Source: Mycolicibacterium smegmatis (lineage in GTDB: Bacteria > Actinomycetota > Actinomycetes > Mycobacteriales > Mycobacteriaceae). Taken from it: a DNA stretch of 32,000 nt. The translations under genes and the position numbers were made by a program. Below are positions 22,268-31,964 of this stretch, piece by piece. The number at the start of each line of letters is the position of its first letter. Within the stretch, counting starts at the first letter, position 1. The stretch spans positions 2,940,001 to 2,972,000 of the forward strand of contig NZ_LN831039.1 of NCBI RefSeq assembly GCF_001457595.1, read 5' to 3'. Below the pieces are notes generated by a model. It was not told the origin of the DNA, did no database searches, and saw only the letters and a program-made list of their open reading frames with translations.

Positions 22268-24670
22268 GTGACTCAGAGCGTGCCTACGTCCGGTCCTGTC
22301 CCCGGCGTCCGATCGATCACCGCCCGGCTGGCCGAGGAGCTGTCCGTCGGTGAGCACCAGGTGGCTGCGGCCATCCACCTGCTCGACGAGGGCTCGACGG
22401 TGCCGTTCATCGCGCGTTACCGCAAGGAGGTCACGGGAAGCCTCGACGACGGTCAGCTGCGCACCCTGGAGGAGCGCCTGGCGTATCTGCGCGAGCTCGA
22501 CGCGCGCCGTGAGGCCGTGCTGGCCTCGATCGAGGAGCAGGGCAAGCTCACCGACGAGCTGCGCGCAGCACTTGTCGCCGCGGACACCAAGGCCCGCGTC
22601 GAAGACATATACCTGCCGTACAAGCCCAAGCGCCGCACCAAGGCGCAGATCGCCAGGGAAGCCGGCCTGGAGCCGCTGGCGGACCGGCTGCTCGCCGATC
22701 CGAACCTGGTGCCCGAGGAGGTGGCGGGGGAGTTCCTCAACGAGAACGTCGCCGACGCCGCCGCCGCGCTCGAGGGTGCGCGCCACATCATCATCGAGCG
22801 CGCGTCCGAGGATGCCGAGCTGGTCGGTGCCACGCGTGAGAAGTTCTGGTCCGAGGGTTCGCTGCGCACCGCGCCGTTCTCCGAGGAGGCCGCGAAAAGC
22901 CCTGCCGCACAGAAGTTCCGTGACTACTTCGAGTTCTCCGAACCGCTGGAGCAGATGCCGTCGCACCGCGTGCTCGCGGTGCTGCGTGGCGAGAAGGAGC
23001 AGGCCCTGTCGCTGACGTTCGACGGCGGCGAGGACGAGGCCTACCAGGCGATGATCGCCCAGGCGCTCGGCATCGACATGACCTCGCCTGCGCCGGCGAC
23101 GCCGTGGCTGGCCACCACCGTGCGGCTGGCATGGCGCGCCAAACTGATGATCTCGGCGTCGGTCGACGCGCGGATCCGGCTGCGCCAGCGCGCCGAGGAG
23201 GACGCCGTCGCGGTGTTCGCCCGCAACCTCAAGGACCTGCTGCTGGCCGCACCGGCCGGTACCCGCACCACGCTCGGCCTGGACCCGGGCTTCCGCACCG
23301 GCGTCAAGGTCGCCGTCGTCGACGGCACCGGCAAGGTGCTGGAGACCTGCGCGATCTACCCGCACCAGCCGCAGAAGCAGTGGGATCAGGCCAAGGCCAC
23401 GCTCGGCGCGCTGATCGCCCGCCACGGCGTCGAACTCATCGCGATCGGCAACGGCACCGCATCACGCGAAACCGATGCGCTGGCTTCCGAACTCATCGCC
23501 GACATCCGCAAATCCGGCGCGAATCCGCCGATCAAGGCCATGGTCAGCGAGGCGGGCGCCTCGGTGTACTCGGCATCGGCCTACGCCGCGCGCGAACTTC
23601 CCGATCTCGACGTGACCGTGCGTGGTGCGGTGTCGATCGCGCGGCGCCTGCAGGACCCGCTGGCCGAACTGGTGAAGATCGACCCGAAGTCCATCGGTGT
23701 CGGCCAGTACCAGCACGACGTCACACCCGGGTCGCTCGCGCGCAGCCTCGACGCGGTCGTCGAGGACGCCGTGAACGCCGTCGGCGTCGACCTCAACACG
23801 GCCTCGGTACCGCTGCTCGCGCGCGTCTCGGGTGTCACCGAATCGCTGGCCGAGGCCATCGTCGCGCACCGCGAGAGCACCGGGCCGTTCCGCAACCGCA
23901 AGGCGCTGCTGGACGTTCCTCGCCTGGGCCCCAAGGCTTTCGAACAGTGCGCGGGCTTCCTGCGCATCCGCGACGGCGAGGATCCGCTCGACGCGTCCGG
24001 TGTGCACCCGGAGTCCTACCCGGTGGTGCGCCGCATCCTGGACCGCGCAGGTGTCACGCTCGCCGAACTGATCGGGGACACCCGCACGCTGCGCACTCTC
24101 AAACCGGCCGAGTTCGCCGACGACCGGTTCGGTGTCCCGACGGTCACCGACATCATCGGCGAGTTGGAAAAGCCCGGCCGGGACCCGCGTCCGGCGTTCT
24201 CGACGGCCACCTTCGCCGCGGGCGTCGAGAAGGTCGCCGACCTCAAGCCCGGCATGATCCTCGAAGGCGTCGTGACCAACGTCGCGGCGTTCGGCGCGTT
24301 CGTCGACGTGGGTGTGCACCAGGACGGTCTGGTGCACGTCTCGGCGATGGCCGACCGCTTCGTCTCCGATCCGCACGAGGTGGTGAAGTCGGGTCAGGTG
24401 GTCAAGGTCAAGGTCGTCGACGTCGACGTCGATCGCCAGCGCATCGGTCTGAGCCTGCGCCTCAACGACGAACCCGACAAGGGCAAGCGCAACGACCGTC
24501 GCGACGGCGGGCAGAACCGCAACCAGAACCGCGGCGGCGGTCAGCGCAACAAGGGCGGCAACAGCGGTGGGAACAAGGGCGGCAACAACCGCGGCAACAA
24601 GGGCGGCCGCCGGGACCAGCCCATGGGGTCGATGGCTGAGGCGCTGCGCAACGCCGGTTTCGGCCGGTAG
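22268..24670 (+). CDS. tex: Tex-like RNA-binding transcription accessory protein (YqgF/HHH/S1 domains) with a Gly/Asn/Lys-rich C-terminal tail
   Basis: EGSTVPFIARYRKEVTG is the hallmark Tex N-terminus. GLDPGFRTGVKVAVVDGTGKVL is YqgF-like. GMILEGVVTNVAAFGAFVDVGVHQDGLVHVS is an S1 domain. I chose GTG 22268 over the track's 22154 because the upstream 38 codons are Arg/Cys-rich and overlap the previous gene. Confidence 0.9.
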   Translation: MTQSVPTSGPVPGVRSITARLAEELSVGEHQVAAAIHLLDEGSTVPFIARYRKEVTGSLDDGQLRTLEERLAYLRELDARREAVLASIEEQGKLTDELRAALVAADTKARVEDIYLPYKPKRRTKAQIAREAGLEPLADRLLADPNLVPEEVAGEFLNENVADAAAALEGARHIIIERASEDAELVGATREKFWSEGSLRTAPFSEEAAKSPAAQKFRDYFEFSEPLEQMPSHRVLAVLRGEKEQALSLTFDGGEDEAYQAMIAQALGIDMTSPAPATPWLATTVRLAWRAKLMISASVDARIRLRQRAEEDAVAVFARNLKDLLLAAPAGTRTTLGLDPGFRTGVKVAVVDGTGKVLETCAIYPHQPQKQWDQAKATLGALIARHGVELIAIGNGTASRETDALASELIADIRKSGANPPIKAMVSEAGASVYSASAYAARELPDLDVTVRGAVSIARRLQDPLAELVKIDPKSIGVGQYQHDVTPGSLARSLDAVVEDAVNAVGVDLNTASVPLLARVSGVTESLAEAIVAHRESTGPFRNRKALLDVPRLGPKAFEQCAGFLRIRDGEDPLDASGVHPESYPVVRRILDRAGVTLAELIGDTRTLRTLKPAEFADDRFGVPTVTDIIGELEKPGRDPRPAFSTATFAAGVEKVADLKPGMILEGVVTNVAAFGAFVDVGVHQDGLVHVSAMADRFVSDPHEVVKSGQVVKVKVVDVDVDRQRIGLSLRLNDEPDKGKRNDRRDGGQNRNQNRGGGQRNKGGNSGGNKGGNNRGNKGGRRDQPMGSMAEALRNAGFGR

Positions 24671-24673
24671 GGG

Positions 24674-25372
24674 TCAGGACGCCGGGTCCTGGTGCCTGCC
24701 GCGCCAGGACCGGTACCCGCGGTGCGCCGCGAACGCACCGATGATCGCGGTGACGCACCACACCGCGATCGCGGTGTAGGCCAGCGGCGCCGACAGGTCA
24801 CCGATCGACGCGCCGAGCGCGGTGTAGACGAACGCACGCGGCGCCGATCCGATGAACGAGCCGACCACCATCTGCCACAACGGCACTCCGAACGCGCCGA
24901 ACGCATATGAGGCGAGCGCGTCGGAGATGCCGGGGACGAACCGCTGGCCGACGACGGCCCACAACCCGCCGCGTTCGATCTGCCGGTCGAGCCGGTCGGC
25001 ACGCTCGGCGCCCAGCACACCGCGGGCGCTCTCGCGGCCGGCGCGCCGTCCGATGAGGCTCGCGACGGTGGCGGTGCCGACCGTGGCGCCCAGCGTGACG
25101 AACGTGCCCAGCACCGGGCCGAACAGGAAGCCACTGGTGCCTGCCAGGACGGGGCCGGGCACGAACAGCGCACCCAGGCACGCCGACACCACGACATAGA
25201 CCAGGGGAGCGATCGGGCCGGTCGCCGACACCGCGCCGCGGATGTCACCGATGTCGACGACGCGCGCGACGGCCACCAGGTAGAACAGCCCGATCAGAAA
25301 CGCCGCGAACAGCGCGAGCCGGATGATGTGCCGGGTGCGGCCGGTAGCGGGGGGATCGTCGGTGTCGGTCAT
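24674..25372 (-). CDS. DedA / TVP38-TMEM64 (VTT-domain) family membrane protein
   Basis: 232 aa and multi-pass. It has the segment GFLFGPVLGTFVTLGATVGTATVASLIGRRAGRE typical of the family. It is the last gene of the minus-strand operon. Confidence 0.7.
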   Translation of the reverse strand: MTDTDDPPATGRTRHIIRLALFAAFLIGLFYLVAVARVVDIGDIRGAVSATGPIAPLVYVVVSACLGALFVPGPVLAGTSGFLFGPVLGTFVTLGATVGTATVASLIGRRAGRESARGVLGAERADRLDRQIERGGLWAVVGQRFVPGISDALASYAFGAFGVPLWQMVVGSFIGSAPRAFVYTALGASIGDLSAPLAYTAIAVWCVTAIIGAFAAHRGYRSWRGRHQDPAS

Positions 25373-25402
25373 GCTGACGCCGATTCTCCCGTACGGCGGG
25401 TG

Positions 25403-26812
25403 CTAGACCGACTCCGAGACTGCGCGTGCGGCCACATCCGCTTCGCGGAACCGGCCCCGCCAGTGCCGCGCCGGGTGACGCTCGGGCAGGTGGGGGCCGT
25501 TGCCGAAGAGCTTTTCGCGCAGTGTGCCGGGCGCGTACTCGGTCTGGGCCAGGCCGCGGGACTGCAGCTCGGGAACCACGTGGTCGATGAAATCGGCGAA
25601 GCTGCCCGGCGTGGTGATGTAGCGGATGTTGAGCCCGTCGACGCCCGCGTCCTGCCATTCCTCGAGCGCGTCGGCAATCTGTTCGGGGGTGCCGACGATG
25701 CGGGTCGACTCCTGCTGCTGGCGCACCAGGTCGGCGATGGTCGGGTTGGTGCCCGGCGGCGCGGCCGCGATGAGCGCCTCGATGGTGCTGCGCGTGCCCT
25801 GGACGGTGGGCGCGAGATCGCCGATGGGGGTGTGGTGGTCCAGACCGCCGAGGTCGACGCCGATACCGCCGCTGCGGTGTGCGATGAGGGCGTCGACGCT
25901 GAGGTACTCGTCGAGTTCGGCGGCGCGGGCCCTGGCCTCGACCTCGGTGGAGCCGACGACGAACGACAGGCCCTGGAAGAACTTGATGTCCTCGCGGCGG
26001 CGCCCGGCCGCCACCGCGCGGTCACGGGTGTCGTCGATCACGACACGGGCGCCCTTGGGCGAGGCCGCGTTGATGAACACCCCTTCGGCGTGGCGTGCTG
26101 CGAAAGCCCTTCCCGCGGTGGATGTGCCGGCTTGGAACAGTACCGGGGTGCGCTGCGGTGACGGGAAACTCAGATGCGGACCCTCGACGCGGTACCGCTT
26201 GCCGATGTGGTGGATCTTGTGCACCTTGTCGGGGTCGGCGTGGATGCCGCGTTCGCGGTCGCGCAGCAGCGCGCCGTCGTCCCAGGAGCCTTCCCACAGC
26301 TTGTAGACGACCTCGGTGTACTCCTCGGCCCACTGATAGCGCTCGTCGTGCTCCTCGCGTTCCGGCAGCCCGAAGTTGCGCGCAGAGTTCTGCAGCGCGC
26401 TGGTAACGACGTTCCAGCCGATGCGCCCCTTGGAGGCGTGGTCGAGGGTGGAGATCTTGCGGGCGAACGAGAACGGATGATCCTGCAGCACCGAACTGGT
26501 GATCACCAGGCCGAGGTGCTCGGTGGACAACGCCAGGGCCGAAACGATCGCAGACGGATCGTGATTCGGGATCTGCAGGCCCTCGCGCAGATAGGTCTCC
26601 CACCCGCCGCGGTAGTCGTCGTACAGTCCGACCACGTCGGCGAAGAAGATCGAGTCGAACTTCCCGCGTTCGAGGAGCTTGACCAGTTCGACCCACGGGT
26701 CGAGTTGGTCGAACTCCACACTGCGGGTCTCGGGGTTGCGCCACGCCCCGTAGGCGACGTGGGTGGCGGTGTTCATGGTGAAGGCGTTGAGGATCAGCCG
26801 CGGGCGGGTCAT
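25403..26812 (-). CDS. LLM-class flavin-dependent monooxygenase (NtaA/SnaA/DszA-like), copy 3
   Basis: MTRPRLILNAFTMNTATHVAYGAWRNPE... is the characteristic N-terminus of this family. It is ~470 aa. I preferred ATG 26812; the alternative is TTG 26848. Confidence 0.8.
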   Translation of the reverse strand: MTRPRLILNAFTMNTATHVAYGAWRNPETRSVEFDQLDPWVELVKLLERGKFDSIFFADVVGLYDDYRGGWETYLREGLQIPNHDPSAIVSALALSTEHLGLVITSSVLQDHPFSFARKISTLDHASKGRIGWNVVTSALQNSARNFGLPEREEHDERYQWAEEYTEVVYKLWEGSWDDGALLRDRERGIHADPDKVHKIHHIGKRYRVEGPHLSFPSPQRTPVLFQAGTSTAGRAFAARHAEGVFINAASPKGARVVIDDTRDRAVAAGRRREDIKFFQGLSFVVGSTEVEARARAAELDEYLSVDALIAHRSGGIGVDLGGLDHHTPIGDLAPTVQGTRSTIEALIAAAPPGTNPTIADLVRQQQESTRIVGTPEQIADALEEWQDAGVDGLNIRYITTPGSFADFIDHVVPELQSRGLAQTEYAPGTLREKLFGNGPHLPERHPARHWRGRFREADVAARAVSESV

Positions 26813-26891
26813 GACGCCGACGCTAGGACCGGTACCGGTCGCGTCCAACGGTTTATCTCACGAGGCGCGAAACCTGTTCGCCATAAGGGAA

Positions 26892-28187
26892 TCACGAAGA
26901 CAGATGGCCACGCAGCGTCGTCGTGCTGTACTCGCGGCGGAACAGCCCGCGCTCCTGCAGGACCGGCACCACGTGATCGACGAAGGCCGCCAGGCCGTCG
27001 GGCAACCGGTCGATGTTCAGGTTGAAACCATCGGCGGCGCCTTCGCGGAACCACAACTCGAGATCGTCGGCGACCGATTCGGGGGAGCCCACCACGTAGC
27101 GGTGCCCACCCGGGTTGCGGGTGAGCAGGTCGCGCACTGTCAGCCCTTCGGTCTGCGACTGCGTCACAAGCGCTTTGGCGAACGCCGGGCTGACCGACGG
27201 CGAGTCGGTCGGCGCGTCCAGGATCGCGGTGGGTACCGGTTTGTCGAGCACCAGCAGTCGCGGGTCGGCGCCGATACGCTCGGCGAGTTGGTCACGTTCG
27301 GCTTCGACGTCGACGAAGGCGTCGATCTCGGCCTTGCGGGCCAGCGCCTCGGCCTCGGTGCTGCCCACCACGACGAACAGGCCCGGCAGGATCGTGAGCT
27401 CGTCGGGCGAGCGGCCATGTTGGCGTGCACGGTGTTTGGCGTCCTGGGCGAACTTGCGACCGGACCCGATGTCGCGTTGCACGGTGAAGATCGCGTCCGC
27501 CCACCGGCCGGCCATCTCCCGCAACCGTTCGGAGTCCCCGGCCTGCACGATCACCGGCCGTCCCTGTGGGGTCTGCGGAACCACGCCGGGCCCGGCCACC
27601 GAGAAGAAGTCGCCGGTGTGGTCGATCGCGTGCACCTTGTCGGCGTCCAGGTAGGTCCCGGAGCGCTGATCGGCGCGCACGGCGTCGGGTTCGAAGCTGT
27701 CCCACAGGCTGCGCACCACCCGTACGACCTCCTCGGCCTTGCGGTAGCGGTCCTCGGGGTCGATCGCGGCCGCCTTCGAGAAGTTCGCCCGCGCGGCCGG
27801 ATTGAGGCTCGTCACGATGTTCCATCCGGCGCGCCCGCCGCTGATGTGGTCGAGCGTCGCGATCTGCCGGGCGATCGTGAACGGCTCGGCGAAAAGTGCA
27901 TTCACCGTGGCGATGAACCCGATGTGCTCGGTCACCTGGGACAGCGCGCTGAACAAGACGATCGGATCGCACGCCCGCCACGGTCTGCGGTAGGCCTCCC
28001 CGTCGAGTGCCAGACTGTCGGCGAGGAACAGCGAATCGAACAGGCCGCGCTCGGCGATGCGGGCCACTTCACGGAAATGCGCGGTATCGGTGGGTCCGAT
28101 GACGTCGGGTTGCGAGCGCCACGAATGGTCGTGGCGGCCGGTTGCGAGCAGATTGAGGTTGAGGTGCAGGTGTTTTCGTCCGGTCAT
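26892..28187 (-). CDS. LLM-class flavin-dependent monooxygenase, copy 2
   Basis: MTGRKHLHLNLNLLATGRHDHSWR... 431 aa. It has a 4-nt ATGA overlap with the upstream paralogue. Confidence 0.8.
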   Translation of the reverse strand: MTGRKHLHLNLNLLATGRHDHSWRSQPDVIGPTDTAHFREVARIAERGLFDSLFLADSLALDGEAYRRPWRACDPIVLFSALSQVTEHIGFIATVNALFAEPFTIARQIATLDHISGGRAGWNIVTSLNPAARANFSKAAAIDPEDRYRKAEEVVRVVRSLWDSFEPDAVRADQRSGTYLDADKVHAIDHTGDFFSVAGPGVVPQTPQGRPVIVQAGDSERLREMAGRWADAIFTVQRDIGSGRKFAQDAKHRARQHGRSPDELTILPGLFVVVGSTEAEALARKAEIDAFVDVEAERDQLAERIGADPRLLVLDKPVPTAILDAPTDSPSVSPAFAKALVTQSQTEGLTVRDLLTRNPGGHRYVVGSPESVADDLELWFREGAADGFNLNIDRLPDGLAAFVDHVVPVLQERGLFRREYSTTTLRGHLSS

Positions 28188-29539
28188 CGCGCGATCCGTT
28201 CGACGACGCGCTGATTCTCGGGCAGGCCCGGCGTCCGGGTGCCGAGGCGGTCCCGCAGTCGGGCGGGGGCGACATCGTCTCGGAAGACGCCGCGTTGTCG
28301 TAACAACGGGATCAGATCACCGGCGATGCGGGCGAAGCTCGATCCGCCCAGAAGCGTGAAACCGTCGGCGGCACCCTCGTCGATCCACTGCGTGATGATG
28401 TCGGCGGCCGTCTCTGCGGTGCCGACGATCTGGAAATGCCCGAACGACGTCGCATACCGCACCAGGAAGTCTCGCAGTCGCGGGTAGGCACCGGTTTCCA
28501 CCCATTCGCGGTAGATCAGCGCACGGCTGACGCGGCGCCCGGTACGCTCCAGCTCCGCGCGGTCGGGGAACCGGTCGAGCGGGATGTGGTCGTCGAGGTC
28601 GAGATCGGAGAGGTCCAATCCGCCGATCTCGTAGGTGATGGCCTCCCTGGCACGTTCGAGGTCCAGGTCGGTGAGTTCGGCGGAGTAGGCGGCCCAGGCC
28701 TGTTCGTCGGTGTCGCCCAGGTAGATCCGGATGCCCGGCAGCACCTTGAGGTCGTCGGCGTGGCGACCGGCCGCGACGACTGCGGCCTTGAGCCTGCGGT
28801 AATAACGCTTGCCGGCGTCGATGTCCGGCGATGCGACGAACACCACCTCGGCGGTGTCGGCGGCCAGTGCGATGCCGTCGTCGGACGCACCGGCCTGCGC
28901 GATCAGCGGGAACACCTGCGGGCTGGGTGGCAGGTCGAGGGCCTGGTGGACGCGGAAGTGCTCGCCCGACCACCCGATGTCGTGGACCAGGTCGGTGTCG
29001 ACGTAGATCTCGGCGTCGCGGTCGGCGATGATCGCGTTGGCATCCCACGACGTCCACAGGGCCTTGGTGACGTCGAGGAATTCGCGGGCGCGACGGTAGC
29101 GTTCGCGTGGGGCGGGAATCTGGGTGTAGCCGTAGTTGGTCTCGCCGTTGAAGGAGGTGACGACGTTCCACCCGGCGCGGCCGTTCGACAACCGGTCCAG
29201 CGAGGCGAGTTCGCGAGCCACCGTGTAGGGCTCGCTGAACTGTGTGGACACTGTGATCACCAAACCGATGCGTTCGGTGTGCGCGGCGAGATACCCGGCC
29301 AGGGTGACCGGTTCGAACGACCGCGGCCCCGAATGCCGGATGAGGGTGCGGTTGAGGCCGAGGAAGTCGGTGATGAAGATCGCGTCGAATCCGATGCGGT
29401 CGAGTTCGGCGGCGAACAGCGCTTTGTCGCGCTGTCTCTCGTTGGTCGGTGTGGCGGCTTCGGTGGACTTCCACTGCGGGAAACGGTCACTGAAGTGGAA
29501 TTCCGACGAGACGAAGAACACCGCGGGGGAACGGGTCAT
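28184..29539 (-). CDS. LLM-class flavin-dependent monooxygenase, copy 1
   Basis: 451 aa. It shares the family layout (FDAIFITD, GRAGWNVVTS, IAQAGASDDG). It has a 4-nt overlap with the ATPase gene upstream. Confidence 0.75.
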   Translation of the reverse strand: MTRSPAVFFVSSEFHFSDRFPQWKSTEAATPTNERQRDKALFAAELDRIGFDAIFITDFLGLNRTLIRHSGPRSFEPVTLAGYLAAHTERIGLVITVSTQFSEPYTVARELASLDRLSNGRAGWNVVTSFNGETNYGYTQIPAPRERYRRAREFLDVTKALWTSWDANAIIADRDAEIYVDTDLVHDIGWSGEHFRVHQALDLPPSPQVFPLIAQAGASDDGIALAADTAEVVFVASPDIDAGKRYYRRLKAAVVAAGRHADDLKVLPGIRIYLGDTDEQAWAAYSAELTDLDLERAREAITYEIGGLDLSDLDLDDHIPLDRFPDRAELERTGRRVSRALIYREWVETGAYPRLRDFLVRYATSFGHFQIVGTAETAADIITQWIDEGAADGFTLLGGSSFARIAGDLIPLLRQRGVFRDDVAPARLRDRLGTRTPGLPENQRVVERIAR

Positions 29540-31149
29540 GATGCCAGTGCCAATCGTGCGAGACGGCGGCCGGGAACCGCGTCGATGAGGGTGCGGGTGT
29601 AGGGCGAGGTGGGTGCGGAGAACACCGCGGCGGTGTCGCCACTTTCGGCCACCTGACCGGCCTTGAGCACGACCACGCGGTGCGACAGCTGTTGTACCAC
29701 CGACAGATCGTGTGAGATGAACAGGTACGTCAGTCCCAGATTGTCCTGAAGGTTGCGCAGCAGCCCCAAGATCTGGTCCTGCGTGACGACGTCGAGGGCC
29801 GACAGCGGTTCGTCGAGCAGAATGATCTGGGGCTGCACCACCAACGCACGGGCGATCGCGACCCGTTGGCGTTCACCACCGGACAACTCGACGGTTCGGC
29901 GGGTGAGCTTGTCACGGCTGAGGTTGACGTTGTCGAGGGCCTCGGCGATGCGCTGGTCGCGGTTGTCGAGATGATATGCGCGTAGTGGGCTTTCCAGGAC
30001 TTCGCGCACACTCCAGCGCGGGTCGAGCGCGGAATCGGGGTTCTGGTAGACGAACTGGATGTTCTTCCAGTGTGCGCGGCGGTCGCGGTGGCCGAGTCGC
30101 GTGATGTCGTGGCCCAGCACCTCGATCGATCCGCGGGTGGGCTGGGTCAATCCGATGATCATCTTCGCGGTTGTGGACTTGCCGGATCCGGACTCGCCGA
30201 CCAGGGCCAGTGTCTCGCCGCGACGCACGGTGAAGCTGATGTCGTCGACCGCGCGGTGGCGGTGACGCCTGTCGAGCCGGAACTCCTTGCTGACGTGGGC
30301 GACTCGGATGATCTCGTCGGCAGGGGCATGGACATTCTCGTGGGCCGCGGCCGGTGGGGTGATGCCGGCCCCGATGCGGCGTACCAGGGCGGCGGTGTAC
30401 TCCGACGACGGGCGGCTGACGATGTCGTCGACCGGGGCATCCTCCACGATCTGTCCCTTGCGCATCACCACGACACGCGATGCGTGATCGGTGGCGACGC
30501 CGATGTCGTGGGTGACGAACAGTACGGTGGTGCCGTGTTCGGCGACCAGGCGATCGAACACCCGCAGCACCTGGGCCTGCACGGTCACGTCGAGCGCGGA
30601 GGTCGGTTCGTCGGCGACGAGCAGTTTGGGGTTGAGCCCGAAAGCGATCGCGATCAGCACCCGCTGGCGCATGCCGCCGGACAGTTCACCCGGATGCTGG
30701 CGCAGCCGTCGCTCGGGTTGGTCGATCTCGACCTGTTCGAGCAGATCGATGCACCGCCGCCGACGCTCGGCGCGGCTGAGCTTCTCATCTCGGAGGTCGA
30801 AGATCTCGGCGATCTGCGAACCGATGGTGCGCACCGGGTTGAGCGACGCGCCCGGATCCTGCGGCACCAGTCCGACCGTGGTGCCGCGGATTCGGCTCCA
30901 CTCCCGTTCGGTCAGGCCCAGGATGCCGGCGCCGTCCAATGCGAGGGTGTCGGCGGTGACGGTCGCGGTGCGTGGCAGCAGACCCAGCACGGTGTTCACC
31001 AGGGTGGTCTTGCCCGAACCGGATTCGCCGACGATGGCGACGAATTCACCGGCCGCCAGGCTCAGGTTCACGTGGCCGAGCGCGATCTTCGGTGTGATTC
31101 CGTCACCGGGATAGGTCACGGTGAGATCGGACAGTTCGAGCAGCGGCAC
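29536..31149 (-). CDS. ABC transporter ATP-binding protein with duplicated ATPase domains (DppD/DppF-type fusion)
   Basis: I chose GTG 31149, preceded by GGAGA, giving VPLLELSDLTVTYPG... There are two Walker A motifs ([18 protein letters not shown]) and two signatures ([16 protein letters not shown]). The first ~267 codons of track ORF 29536..31950 are an Arg/Gly-rich shadow of the permease gene. Confidence 0.85.
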   Translation of the reverse strand: MPLLELSDLTVTYPGDGITPKIALGHVNLSLAAGEFVAIVGESGSGKTTLVNTVLGLLPRTATVTADTLALDGAGILGLTEREWSRIRGTTVGLVPQDPGASLNPVRTIGSQIAEIFDLRDEKLSRAERRRRCIDLLEQVEIDQPERRLRQHPGELSGGMRQRVLIAIAFGLNPKLLVADEPTSALDVTVQAQVLRVFDRLVAEHGTTVLFVTHDIGVATDHASRVVVMRKGQIVEDAPVDDIVSRPSSEYTAALVRRIGAGITPPAAAHENVHAPADEIIRVAHVSKEFRLDRRHRHRAVDDISFTVRRGETLALVGESGSGKSTTAKMIIGLTQPTRGSIEVLGHDITRLGHRDRRAHWKNIQFVYQNPDSALDPRWSVREVLESPLRAYHLDNRDQRIAEALDNVNLSRDKLTRRTVELSGGERQRVAIARALVVQPQIILLDEPLSALDVVTQDQILGLLRNLQDNLGLTYLFISHDLSVVQQLSHRVVVLKAGQVAESGDTAAVFSAPTSPYTRTLIDAVPGRRLARLALAS

Positions 31150-31163
31150 GGCGGTTCTCCGAT

Positions 31164-31964
31164 TCAGATGTTGTTGGACTTGAGCACGCGCCGGCTCACG
31201 ACGCCGAGCGCGACGATGACGACGAGGATCACCGCACCGGGCAGCGAGGTGAGCCACCACGCGGTGGCCAGGTAGCTGCGGCCCTCGGCGACCAGGAGCC
31301 CCCACTCCGGGGTCGGCGGTGGTGCGCTGTAGCCGAGGTAGCCCAGGGCGGAGATCGCGAGAATCGCTGCGCTCAGGTCGATCACGGCCAGGGCCACCAC
31401 GGCGCCGATCGCGTTGGGCACGATGTGACGCCGGATCACCGACCAGCTGCTCTCGCCGGAGAGGAACGCGGCCTCGACGTAGTCGAGGGCACGCACCCGC
31501 ATCACCTCCGCGCGGAACACGCGCGCGAAGATCGCGATCGAACCGATCCCGACACCGATGCCGACCGACAGCGGACCGGCCCCGTAGGCCGTGACGATCC
31601 ACACCGACACCAGGAACCCGGGCAGCGCGAGAAGCACGTCGCTCAACCGCATTCCGACCGCGTCGGCGACCGGACCCGACACGCCGGCCAGGATGCCGAT
31701 GATGCTGCCGACCACCAGGCCGACGGCGACCGCGAGTCCCGCGGTGAGCAGTGTGTGGGACGTACCGTGGATGACGCGGGTCAACACATCGCGCCCGAGG
31801 TGGTCGGTGCCGAACCAGTGTGCCCAACTGGGCGGCTGGAACTTCTCCAACCGGTTGCCGTTGAGCGGGTCCGCGCTGGTGAACACCCCCGGCGCGACGG
31901 CCCACGCCGCCACCAGCACCAGCAGCGCCCCGGAGATGCGCGCCGACCACGGTGCCGCGCGCAA
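31164..31964 (-). CDS. ABC transporter permease (DppC/OppC-like); start uncertain, may extend beyond the window
   Basis: It is hydrophobic and multi-pass, with SWAHWFGTDHLGRDVLTRVIHG typical of DppC-type permeases. The track start at 31964 is a TTG, and the frame stays open to position 32000. Confidence 0.8.
   Translation of the reverse strand: MRAAPWSARISGALLVLVAAWAVAPGVFTSADPLNGNRLEKFQPPSWAHWFGTDHLGRDVLTRVIHGTSHTLLTAGLAVAVGLVVGSIIGILAGVSGPVADAVGMRLSDVLLALPGFLVSVWIVTAYGAGPLSVGIGVGIGSIAIFARVFRAEVMRVRALDYVEAAFLSGESSWSVIRRHIVPNAIGAVVALAVIDLSAAILAISALGYLGYSAPPPTPEWGLLVAEGRSYLATAWWLTSLPGAVILVVIVALGVVSRRVLKSNNI

Noticed and set aside
24684-24715. Overlapping inverted repeats (CAGGAC..GTCCTG and GTCCTGG..CCAGGAC) between convergent tex and the DedA gene, considered as a bidirectional terminator
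   Set aside because: They lie inside the 3' coding end of the DedA-family gene and lack a U-tract on either strand.
31150-31950. N-terminal 267 codons of the 804-aa track ORF 29536..31950
   Set aside because: This portion is an Arg/Gly-rich out-of-frame overlap of the permease gene 31164..31964. A GGAGA-GTG start at 31149 gives a normal ABC ATPase N-terminus (VPLLELSDLTVTYPG).
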